DNA from: Eubacteriales bacterium
Lineage (GTDB): Bacteria; Bacillota; Clostridia; Oscillospirales; JAAYXM01
Direction of reading: 5' to 3'
Assembly (NCBI GenBank): GCA_045636205.1
Contig: JAZTXE010000042.1
Coordinates: 1-52,027, forward strand
Length of the DNA stretch: 52,027 bases
In this document: piece after piece, positions 27,982 through 36,177 of the stretch
How positions within the stretch are numbered: position 1 is the first letter of the stretch
Layout of the letters: every line of letters starts with the position of its first letter
Translations under genes and position numbers: made by a program
Notes under the pieces: model-generated
Told to the model about the DNA's origin: nothing
The model's database searches: none
Seen by the model: only the letters and a program-made list of their open reading frames with translations

Positions 27982-30282
27982 TTATTTATTCATATTTTCC
28001 ATATCATTTTTGCGGATTTCAACACGCCTTACCTTGCCGCTGATTGTTTTTGGAAGTTCATCGACAAACTCGACAATTCGCGGATACTTGTAGGGTGCAG
28101 TATGTGTTTTTACATACTCCTGAATTTCCTTTTTAAGCTCGTCTGTCCCATTCGTTCCTTTTACAAGAACAATGGTTGCCTTTACAATCTGACCGCGAAC
28201 CTCATCGGGAACCGGAGTGATTGCACATTCGAGTACATACGGAAGCTCCATGATAACGCTTTCAATCTCAAACGGTCCGATACGGTAGCCGGAGGACTTA
28301 ATAACATCGTCAATACGTCCTACATACCAGAGATAACCGTCTTCATCCATTGTTGCCTGGTCACCGGTATGATAGTATCCGTCATGCCATACTTCTTTGG
28401 TTTTCTCTTCATCAAGATAATAACCGATAAAGAGTCCGCACGGAACCTCGTCCTTTGTACGGATGCAGATTTCGCCGGCATCTCCGGTTTTGCACTCGTT
28501 ACCGTCCGGGTCTAAAACAACTACATCGTAGAGCGGGCTGGGTCTTCCCATGGAACCGATTTTAGGAGTAGAGCCTACAAAGTTTGCTATAGAGAGTGTG
28601 GTTTCGGTCTGACCAAAGCCTTCCATGATTGTAAGCCCGGTTGCTTTCTTGAACTGATTGAACACTTCGGGGTTTAATGCCTCACCCGCGGTCGTCGCAT
28701 ACTCAATAGAAGAAAGGTCATACTTTGACAAATCTTCCTTGATGAAGAAACGGTACATTGTAGGCGGTGCGCAGAATGTTGTGATATGATATTTTGCAAA
28801 CATCGGCAAAATATCTTCCGAATGGAATCTGTCAAAGTCGTATGTGAACTGCGCTGCTTCGCAGAGCCACTGTCCGTAGAGTTTACCCCAAAGAGCTTTA
28901 CCCCAACCCGTATCGGAGATTGTAAAGTGGAGACCGTCCGGATTTACATTGTGCCAATGCTTTGCGGTTGGGTAGTGACCGAGCGCATATTTATACGAGT
29001 GTGTTGCGATACGCGGATAGCCGGTTGTACCGGAAGTAAAGAGCATAAGCATCGGATCGTTACCGCAAGGTGTGTTTTCTGTGCGGTCAAAGCGCGTGCT
29101 GAAGCGCTCCATTTCAACATTGAAATCGTGCCAACCTTCTTTATTACCGCCAACCAATACTTTTATCATATCCGGGAATTCTGCAGCAGCCTTTTCAGCC
29201 TCAACAGATACATCGCCATCCGCGGTGCACACAATGGCTTTTACTTTTGCAGCTTTGTATCTGTAAGTAAAATCGTGCTCTACAAGCTGATTGGTTGCAG
29301 GGATTGCGATAGCACCTATTTTATGAAGTGCAAGCATACAGAACCAGAACTGGTAATGGCGCTTCAATACAAGCATTACTGTATCACCCTTTTTGATACC
29401 GAGTGATTCAAAATAGTTTGCAGTCTTTGCTGAATACTTTTTCATATCACTGAAGGTGAAGCGTCGGTCTGTTTTATCATTTGCAACCCACATCATAGCC
29501 AGCTTATCCGGATTCTTTTCGGCGATAGCATCAACGCAGTCATACGCAAAGTTAAACGAATCTGCATTTTTGAATTTGATGCCGCTGAATATGCCGTTTT
29601 CGTCATAAGATGATTCGATGAATTTATCAGCAACGGTTTCAGGTTTTGCTTTCTGCTCAGCAGTCTTAGCTGCGATATGCGGTGCTTCCGGGTACTCATC
29701 ACTTACCTGACCGTCATGCGGATTTAAAACAACCGCATGGAATTCGCAGCCGCCCTCACCCGCTGCAATCATGCCATGAGGGATTGTGCTGTTATAGAAA
29801 ATGGAGTCGCCCTCGTTTAAGACATCCACATGGTTTCCTACCTGGACCTTGAGAGAGCCTTTGAGGATAACATCAAATTCCTGGCCCTTGTGCGAAGCTA
29901 ACTTGATAGGCTGGTTCTGTTCTTCTTCAATATACGGAAATTTAACTAAAAAGGGTTCTGCGAGTTTCTCTCTGAATTTAGGAGCAAGGTTATTGTATTC
30001 TACCCCGTGCTTCTTTACAATCTTAAGGCCTTCGCCTTTTCTAATAATTTCAAACGATTTTAATGTTGAGCTTGTTCCTTCAAGCAAATCTACAACTTCA
30101 ACATCGCAAGCCTTTGCACATTTATAGATAAATGTGAAGCTGAAGTCTGTGTCGCCTTCTTCCAAAATCTTATAGTCCTCAACTGATACTCCCGTAAGCT
30201 TTGCAAGTTCTTCAGGTGAATAGCCTTTTGCTTCGCGCAGACCTTTGATTCTGCCCGCAACTTCCTTCAAACTGTACTCCAT
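27982..30282 (-). CDS. XRE-HTH/cupin regulator domain fused to a short/medium-chain acyl-CoA synthetase
   Basis: N-terminal RIKGLREAKGYSPEELA HTH and HKGQEF...GDSIFYNSTIPHGM cupin; FTSGTTGYP, GFGQTET, YHTGD, KSSGYRIGPFEIE, LPKTISGK adenylation motifs. Confidence 0.92.
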   Translation of the reverse strand: MEYSLKEVAGRIKGLREAKGYSPEELAKLTGVSVEDYKILEEGDTDFSFTFIYKCAKACDVEVVDLLEGTSSTLKSFEIIRKGEGLKIVKKHGVEYNNLAPKFREKLAEPFLVKFPYIEEEQNQPIKLASHKGQEFDVILKGSLKVQVGNHVDVLNEGDSIFYNSTIPHGMIAAGEGGCEFHAVVLNPHDGQVSDEYPEAPHIAAKTAEQKAKPETVADKFIESSYDENGIFSGIKFKNADSFNFAYDCVDAIAEKNPDKLAMMWVANDKTDRRFTFSDMKKYSAKTANYFESLGIKKGDTVMLVLKRHYQFWFCMLALHKIGAIAIPATNQLVEHDFTYRYKAAKVKAIVCTADGDVSVEAEKAAAEFPDMIKVLVGGNKEGWHDFNVEMERFSTRFDRTENTPCGNDPMLMLFTSGTTGYPRIATHSYKYALGHYPTAKHWHNVNPDGLHFTISDTGWGKALWGKLYGQWLCEAAQFTYDFDRFHSEDILPMFAKYHITTFCAPPTMYRFFIKEDLSKYDLSSIEYATTAGEALNPEVFNQFKKATGLTIMEGFGQTETTLSIANFVGSTPKIGSMGRPSPLYDVVVLDPDGNECKTGDAGEICIRTKDEVPCGLFIGYYLDEEKTKEVWHDGYYHTGDQATMDEDGYLWYVGRIDDVIKSSGYRIGPFEIESVIMELPYVLECAITPVPDEVRGQIVKATIVLVKGTNGTDELKKEIQEYVKTHTAPYKYPRIVEFVDELPKTISGKVRRVEIRKNDMENMNK

Positions 30283-30342
30283 TGTTTTGTCTCCTTTCAT
30301 TTTCGCCAACTAAATTAAGATTGTTACGAATTTGAATAAAAC

Positions 30343-30612
30343 AAAAAACTCGTCTCAAAAGAAACTTTTGAGACGAGTTAATAAACCCGCGGTACCACTC
30401 AAATTACGGAAGATAAATTCCGTCACTTTCCAAACTCTAACAAGTCTTTTGCCTTTACGCAGCAATACGGAAGGAGTCTACTCGGCTTTGCCTTTCGATC
30501 CTCCGACTCGGAGGTGATGGGTCATTGGAAAGTTCCGCCATTGCCTCGCACCACCCGGCAACTCTCTCAAGGCTTCACAATCCGACCGTCCTCGTCACAG
30601 TCGTTCTTTGTG
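30343..30612 (-). promoter_or_regulatory. T-box riboswitch, isoleucine specifier (AUC)
   Basis: Stem I GA motif CTGTGA..GAGG/CCTC.GAG, AGAGAG and GGTGCGA distal motifs, specifier ATC-A (30516-30518), T-box GAGTGGTACCGCG (30388-30400), terminator AACTCGTCTCAAAAG...CTTTTGAGACGAGTTTTTT. Confidence 0.9.
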
Positions 30613-30631
30613 ATATTCAAATTTGAAATAA

Positions 30632-30660
30632 ATTATACCCTGCCAAACATAATTTGTCAA
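30632..30660 (-). promoter_or_regulatory. Sigma-A promoter of the Ile T-box transcript
   Basis: Perfect TTGACA-N17-TATAAT. Confidence 0.9.
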
Positions 30661-30683
30661 GAGCTTTTGAAAAAAAGTTCAAA

Positions 30684-33143
30684 TTATTTTTTAAGACCAA
30701 GCTTTTCAGCGGATTCATCGCGCATTTTGTACTTTAATATTTTACCCGCAGCATTCATCGGGAATTCATCTACAAAGATAAAATATCTGGGCACTTTATG
30801 CCTTGCGATTGACGCATTACCGAATTCACGCATTTCATTTTCATCAGCGGTTTCACCCTTATGAAGAATAATCCATGCGCAGCATTCCTCGCCGTATTTT
30901 TCGTCCGGAACGCCGACTACCTGGACATCGCGAACCTTCGGGTTGGTAAGATAAAACTCTTCAATTTCGCGCGGATACAGATTCTCACCGCCGCGGATAA
31001 TCATATCTTTAAGGCGACCTGTAACCTTGTAGTAGCCGTCCGGGGTTCTCATGCAGATGTCACCTGAATGGAGCCATCCGTCAGCATCAATCGCCTGAGC
31101 AGTTGCCTCGGGCATCTTATAGTAGCCTTTCATGATATTAAAGCCGCGCGCGACAAATTCACCGCTTTCGCCGTCAGGGAGTTCATCGCCGGTTTCAGGG
31201 TCGATAATTTTGCATTCAACGCCCGGGAACGCACTGCCGACAGTTTCAACACGGTGATCAAGGTCCTCATTGACTTCGCCCATAGTACATCCGGGTGATG
31301 CTTCGGTCTGACCGTAAACGGAAATAATTTCACGCATATTCATTTCAACGGCTGCACGGCGCATTAAATCCGCCGGACAGTTCGCGCCTGCCATGATGCC
31401 GGTTCTCATATATGAAAAATCGGTTTTTGCAAAATCCGGATGATTAAACATAGCAATGAACATGGTCGGAACACCGTTAAAGCACGTTATTCTCTCATTG
31501 TTGACGCAGGAAAGCGATGACTTTGGAGAAAAGTACGGAATCGGGCAAAGCGTACCACCGTGCGTCATCATAGATGTCATGGAAAGGACCATTCCGAAGC
31601 AGTGGAACATTGGTACCTGAATCATCATGCGGTCAGCTGTTGACAAGTCCATTCTGTCACCAATCGTTTTGCCGTTGTTGACAATATTGCGGTGAGTGAG
31701 CATAACACCTTTCGGGAAACCGGTCGTTCCGGATGTATACTGCATATTACATACGTCGTCGGGTTTAACCAGCGATGCACGTCTGCGAACCTCTTCGCGC
31801 GGAACAAGGGATGAACGCGAAAGCATCTCCTCCCAAGTAAGACATCCCTGCATCGAAAATCCCGCGGTTACAACGTTGCGCAAAAACGGAAGATTTTTAG
31901 AATACAGTGGTTTACCCGGCTCAAGATTTTTAAGCTCCGGGCACAACTCCTCAATTATTTCTTTATAGTTAATATCCTTGCAATACTCAATCATTATAAG
32001 AGTATGGGTATCAGACTGCTTTAACAGATATTCGATTTCATGGATCTTATATGCGGTATTGACAGTTACCAAAACCGCGCCAATTTTCGTGGTTGCCCAG
32101 AAGGTGATAAACCATTGCGGGATGTTAGTCGCCCACACAGCAACGTGGTCACCCGCTTTTACACCGAGCGATATAAGCGCGGCGGCGCATTCATCGACAT
32201 CGCGCCTGAACTGTTCATAAGTTCTCGTATAATCAAGAGTCGGGTATTTAAACGCGTACTGGTCAGGATAATTTTCTACCATTGTATCAAGAACATCAGA
32301 GAATGTTGCATCGATTACATCGTATTTTTTCCACACAAATGTGCCGGTCTTATCCCTGTTATAGTAAGCGTGTTCAAACGATTTCTTCTCACGGTTGAGT
32401 GTTGAGATATAATTTGCAAAATGGGTAAGGACTATATCCGCATCATTAATTTCTTCGTTCCATGCCGCGCATATATATCCTTCATAATTGAGCGATGAAA
32501 GTGCGCCAATAAGCTTTTCAACATCAAGCTCACCTTCGCCAATTAAAACGGTTTTTCCGTCTTTCATATCACCCAGGCGCACATACTTTATATATGCACC
32601 CAAATTTTTGATGGTTGATTCCGCGGTTTCACCTTCGCCGAAATACGTGCCTCTTACGTTCCATGATGCACCTATTGCAGAGGATGAAAAGAAATTGATT
32701 ATGTCAATTACATTTTCCGTGTTTGCAAGATAGCCGACGGTTTCAAGCAAAATATTGACATCGGCTGTTTCCGCTCGTTTTATCGCGGCAGATAGTTTCT
32801 CAGTTAACACATCAAATGAAACCTTATCTTCAATGCGTACAATTATATTGGAAATGCCGGATGCGGCAGCCATATCCACATATTTTACAATTAAATCGGC
32901 AGTTGTTTTTTCACTCTCAACAGAGTCCGGCATGCGCAAAGCCGAGACCGCAAGATTTCTGTTTAAAAGCTTTCTCTTAGCGTCGGCTACACGGTCACGC
33001 CTCAATATACTATCGTGATGAAAGCTTCGCTCCTTTATGGCATCATATATTTCAAAGCCTTCAAATCCGTAATCAAAGGCATAACGGCAGGTATCAAGAA
33101 ATGAAGCACGGCTTACATTCTTGGTTGAAAATACTATTTTCAT
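30684..33143 (-). CDS. Degenerate xylose-isomerase-like TIM barrel fused to an AMP-dependent acyl-CoA synthetase
   Basis: N-terminal ~250 aa with AP_endonuc_2-like pattern; YTSGTTGFPKG, YGQTE, WLHSGD, RLKDMIIRGGEN, NAAGKILK; ATG at 33143, one base after the upstream stop. Confidence 0.9.
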   Translation of the reverse strand: MKIVFSTKNVSRASFLDTCRYAFDYGFEGFEIYDAIKERSFHHDSILRRDRVADAKRKLLNRNLAVSALRMPDSVESEKTTADLIVKYVDMAAASGISNIIVRIEDKVSFDVLTEKLSAAIKRAETADVNILLETVGYLANTENVIDIINFFSSSAIGASWNVRGTYFGEGETAESTIKNLGAYIKYVRLGDMKDGKTVLIGEGELDVEKLIGALSSLNYEGYICAAWNEEINDADIVLTHFANYISTLNREKKSFEHAYYNRDKTGTFVWKKYDVIDATFSDVLDTMVENYPDQYAFKYPTLDYTRTYEQFRRDVDECAAALISLGVKAGDHVAVWATNIPQWFITFWATTKIGAVLVTVNTAYKIHEIEYLLKQSDTHTLIMIEYCKDINYKEIIEELCPELKNLEPGKPLYSKNLPFLRNVVTAGFSMQGCLTWEEMLSRSSLVPREEVRRRASLVKPDDVCNMQYTSGTTGFPKGVMLTHRNIVNNGKTIGDRMDLSTADRMMIQVPMFHCFGMVLSMTSMMTHGGTLCPIPYFSPKSSLSCVNNERITCFNGVPTMFIAMFNHPDFAKTDFSYMRTGIMAGANCPADLMRRAAVEMNMREIISVYGQTEASPGCTMGEVNEDLDHRVETVGSAFPGVECKIIDPETGDELPDGESGEFVARGFNIMKGYYKMPEATAQAIDADGWLHSGDICMRTPDGYYKVTGRLKDMIIRGGENLYPREIEEFYLTNPKVRDVQVVGVPDEKYGEECCAWIILHKGETADENEMREFGNASIARHKVPRYFIFVDEFPMNAAGKILKYKMRDESAEKLGLKK

Positions 33144-33144
33144 A

Positions 33145-34533
33145 TTATGCCTCCTCAAATACGATTTTGTTAAGTGCGTTAATATATGCTCTTATGCTTG
33201 CTGCAACAATATCGGTGGATGTCCCGTTGCCGGAATAGAGCTTTCCGTTATTGCGAAGACGTACAAGAGCTGAGCCTAACGCTTCCTTTCCCTCAGTTAC
33301 AGATTGAACCTGAAAATCATCAAGCTCATAATGATGACCTATGCACTGTTCTATAGCGCGGAATGCAGCATCAATAGGACCGTCTCCGTTGCTTACGCCG
33401 CACATAATTTCGTCATTGCACTTTAACGTAACCTGCGACATGGAGTTTGTGACATTGCTGCTGGTTGTTGTATAGGTCTCAAAATGGTATGTTGAAGGTG
33501 CCTGCATTGCTGAGCTTGCGATAAGTGCTTCAAATTCCTTTGCGCCGACTGCGCCCTTCTTTTCACACACCTGCATGAGTGCTTTATATACATTTCCTAT
33601 ATCCGAATCAGAGAGCTCGTATCCTAAAACTTCTGCTGCCTGAGTAATCTGAGACATTGAAGAGTCCGAATCGAGTAAAATCTTTTTCTTTTCACTTATT
33701 GTTTTTTCGGATTCGTAGCTTTCGTGATTGATGTTTGAGAGCATATCGTCAATACTTGAATGTATTTTTGTAGTATCCAGTTTAATTTCTGCATCTATTC
33801 TGGCTCCGCAAACTGTTATGGCATCGCAGATTTCTCCGGCTAAAAGAACATCCTCGCCCGCCATAGCACATTTCAAGCCATCTGCACCTTTTGAAATTGA
33901 AGCAAAGGCAGATGCAACGCCCATGTTTATACGGTCAGAAACCTGAACGTATACAGGAACGCTTACAACGCCTTTAATCTTTGCAACAAGCTCTGCAATT
34001 TCATCCGGAGTTGATGCTCCTGCATTGTCGCATATGGTAATGATGCCCGCTCCGCTTTCTTCGGCTTCTTTTGCGGCAGCTATAAGGAACTCTGCATCCG
34101 CTCTTGTCGCATCAAGTGCAGAAAACTCAACGTCATCACAATACATCTTTGCTTCTTTTACAAGCTCTGCAATTTTCTCAAGCATCGCGGTCTGTTTGAT
34201 GTGGTACATATACTCCATCTGGAGCGTTGATACGGGAAGCTCAATCTGAAGGCGCGGGTTCTTTGCATCCTTAACGCATTCCCATACAGATGCGACATCT
34301 TCTTTGTTAAATCCGACCGGAATAGCAAGGGCTGCATTCTGAGCATTCTGCGCAATAGTTTTATATATAATCGTATCCTCACGAAGGTTTTTAACAGCAG
34401 GCAGCTCGACAGTATCTGCGCCGAGTACATCTGCACAATTTGCTATCGCTGACTTTTCACGGAAGAGCAGTGAAATTCCACGGTCCTCTGAAAGTTTTTT
34501 AAGTGTAATATCTGCAATGTTTATTTTTCTCAT
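33145..34533 (-). CDS. LeuA (2-isopropylmalate synthase) paralog with a degenerate catalytic domain and an intact regulatory domain
   Basis: VEFSALDATR barrel remnant; GDGPIDAAFRAI and TDIVAASIRAYINALN regulatory domain; RDGEQ and HxH motifs missing; start at 34533 behind AAGGAG. Confidence 0.85.
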   Translation of the reverse strand: MRKINIADITLKKLSEDRGISLLFREKSAIANCADVLGADTVELPAVKNLREDTIIYKTIAQNAQNAALAIPVGFNKEDVASVWECVKDAKNPRLQIELPVSTLQMEYMYHIKQTAMLEKIAELVKEAKMYCDDVEFSALDATRADAEFLIAAAKEAEESGAGIITICDNAGASTPDEIAELVAKIKGVVSVPVYVQVSDRINMGVASAFASISKGADGLKCAMAGEDVLLAGEICDAITVCGARIDAEIKLDTTKIHSSIDDMLSNINHESYESEKTISEKKKILLDSDSSMSQITQAAEVLGYELSDSDIGNVYKALMQVCEKKGAVGAKEFEALIASSAMQAPSTYHFETYTTTSSNVTNSMSQVTLKCNDEIMCGVSNGDGPIDAAFRAIEQCIGHHYELDDFQVQSVTEGKEALGSALVRLRNNGKLYSGNGTSTDIVAASIRAYINALNKIVFEEA

Positions 34534-34584
34534 TTTGGGAAAACTCCTTTCAAATTCGAACATATAACAATCGGATTTTTTCAA

Positions 34585-34857
34585 CAAAAAAACGCTCCCG
34601 TCTCTCTGCTGATTTAAAGAGACGAAAACGTTAAAACTCTTTGTTTCCGCGGTACCACTCTTCTTCATCCGATAAAGGATGCCCTTTAGATGCCAACACA
34701 TCCGAACTCTGTCACGGGAGTTCCCGTCTGCCACTACTGCAACTTTCATGGCAACCGCTCCGCGGTGAGTTCAGCAAAACTCTCCCGATACCTCGCACCG
34801 ACCGGTATCTCTCTTAAGGTGAAAGTTTTACATACTATTCCGCATCACAGCGTTTGA
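34585..34857 (-). promoter_or_regulatory. T-box riboswitch, leucine specifier (CUC)
   Basis: GCTGTGATGCGG/CCGCGGAGC stem I base, AGAGAG and GGTGCGA, specifier GAA-CTC-A (34767-34769), stem II AGTAG and IIA/B CCCGT, T-box AAGAGTGGTACCGCG (34648-34662), terminator with U-tract. Confidence 0.93.
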
Positions 34858-34868
34858 ATTTGGAATAA

Positions 34869-34897
34869 ATTATAGCACCTATTTTTAAACTTGTCAA
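34869..34897 (-). promoter_or_regulatory. Sigma-A promoter of the Leu T-box transcript
   Basis: TTGACA-N17-TATAAT with extended TG. Confidence 0.9.
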
Positions 34898-34936
34898 GCT
34901 TTTTCTGCAATTTTTAGTTTAAAGCATGCAGAAGAC

Positions 34937-34963
34937 AAGGGTTCGGAATACTCCGAACCCTTT
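34937..34963 (-). terminator. Terminator of perR-rubrerythrin
   Basis: AAGGGTTCGGA...TCCGAACCCTT hairpin. Confidence 0.75.
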
Positions 34964-34979
34964 ATAACTGAATATTTTA

Positions 34980-35525
34980 TTATTTAAAATATCTCTTTAA
35001 AAGTCCTTCAAATGCTCTGCCATGGCGTGCTTCGTCCTTTGCCATTTCATGGACGGTATCATGGATTGCATCCAAGTTAAGAGCTTTTGCTTTTTTCGCA
35101 AGCTCAAACTTACCTGCTGTTGCACCATTCTCCGCATCAATGCGAAGCTCAAGATTTTTCTTGGTGCTGTCAGTAATAACTTCGCCGAGGAGTTCAGCAA
35201 ATTTTGCTGCGTGCTCAGCTTCTTCCCAAGCTGCCTTTTCCCAATACAGACCGATTTCCGGATAGCCTTCGCGGTGAGCAACACGAGCCATTGCAAGGTA
35301 CATACCGACCTCTGTGCACTCGCCGTTGAAGTTCATGCGCAGACCTTCAATGATTTCAGGATCCACACCCTGCGCAACGCCTACGCGATGCTCATCTGCA
35401 TATGCACGCTCACCCTGAGCCTGTTCAATGAACTTTGCCTTTGGTGCATTGCACTGCGGGCAGGAGTCCGGTGCATCATTACCCTCGTGAACATATCCGC
35501 AAATCTGACATACATACTTTTTCAT
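34980..35525 (-). CDS. Reverse rubrerythrin (NADH peroxidase)
   Basis: N-terminal rubredoxin CQICG...CPQC; di-iron EEAEHA and DEARHG. Confidence 0.93.
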   Translation of the reverse strand: MKKYVCQICGYVHEGNDAPDSCPQCNAPKAKFIEQAQGERAYADEHRVGVAQGVDPEIIEGLRMNFNGECTEVGMYLAMARVAHREGYPEIGLYWEKAAWEEAEHAAKFAELLGEVITDSTKKNLELRIDAENGATAGKFELAKKAKALNLDAIHDTVHEMAKDEARHGRAFEGLLKRYFK

Positions 35526-35605
35526 TTTTGTTTCCTCCATATAATAAATAATTTTTATTTTTTTAATAGCTCTGCATTACAGCGCTATAATAAACATATT
35601 TTCTG

Positions 35606-36016
35606 TCAGGTATTTTCATTCTTGGTTTTACAAGCTGAACACTTACCGGAGAACAGAAGTTCCAATCTATTGCATTCAATGCCGTATTTTTCAGATATTT
35701 GCCTGCAAAGATTATCACCGTCAACATCTGCATCCACATCAATTACCGCATTACATTCACTGCATATAAAGTGCGGATGCGCTTTTGTGTTACCGTCTAT
35801 CCTCTCTATGCCGCCTACAACCGCCACCGATGCCACATTGCCTGACTCTTTAAACTCTGCAATATTGCGATAAACGGTTCCCAGGCTGAGCTTTGGATAT
35901 TTCTCTTTAAGCTTTTTGTAAACCCATTCAGCGTCCGGATGCGTATCTGTACTGCAAATCACATCTAAAATCGCTTGACGTTTATGACTAAAGTTTTTCC
36001 GTTGAGTCATAAGCAT
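35606..36016 (-). CDS. perR: Fur family regulator, PerR-like
   Basis: HPDAEWVY, SLGTVYRN, HPHFICSEC, GKCSAC; directly upstream of reverse rubrerythrin. Confidence 0.85.
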   Translation of the reverse strand: MLMTQRKNFSHKRQAILDVICSTDTHPDAEWVYKKLKEKYPKLSLGTVYRNIAEFKESGNVASVAVVGGIERIDGNTKAHPHFICSECNAVIDVDADVDGDNLCRQISEKYGIECNRLELLFSGKCSACKTKNENT

Positions 36017-36028
36017 TTCCTCAAAAAT

Positions 36029-36043
36029 TAGTAATCATTCTTA
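36029..36043. promoter_or_regulatory. Putative Per/Fur box (autoregulation of perR-rbr)
   Basis: 7-1-7 imperfect palindrome TAGTAAT-C-ATTCTTA just upstream of the perR RBS. Confidence 0.55.
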
Positions 36044-36177
36044 TTTTGTGATATTATATTAACATATAAATTTTTATTTGTAAAGAGTTTTTTGAAATTT
36101 TTTTGTGGAAAATTTTATTTTTTTTTAGTATACTATTTCTATACGTATTTAAGGATGCATATAAGGCGGATTGACCT

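Noticed and set aside
30332-30864. Short plus-strand ORFs (61 and 116 aa)
   Set aside because: Overlap the minus-strand Ile T-box and its promoter; non-coding
34534-34749. N-terminal extension of the LeuA-like ORF in the ORF track
   Set aside because: Runs through the Leu T-box antiterminator and terminator; the real start is ATG 34533 with an AAGGAG RBS
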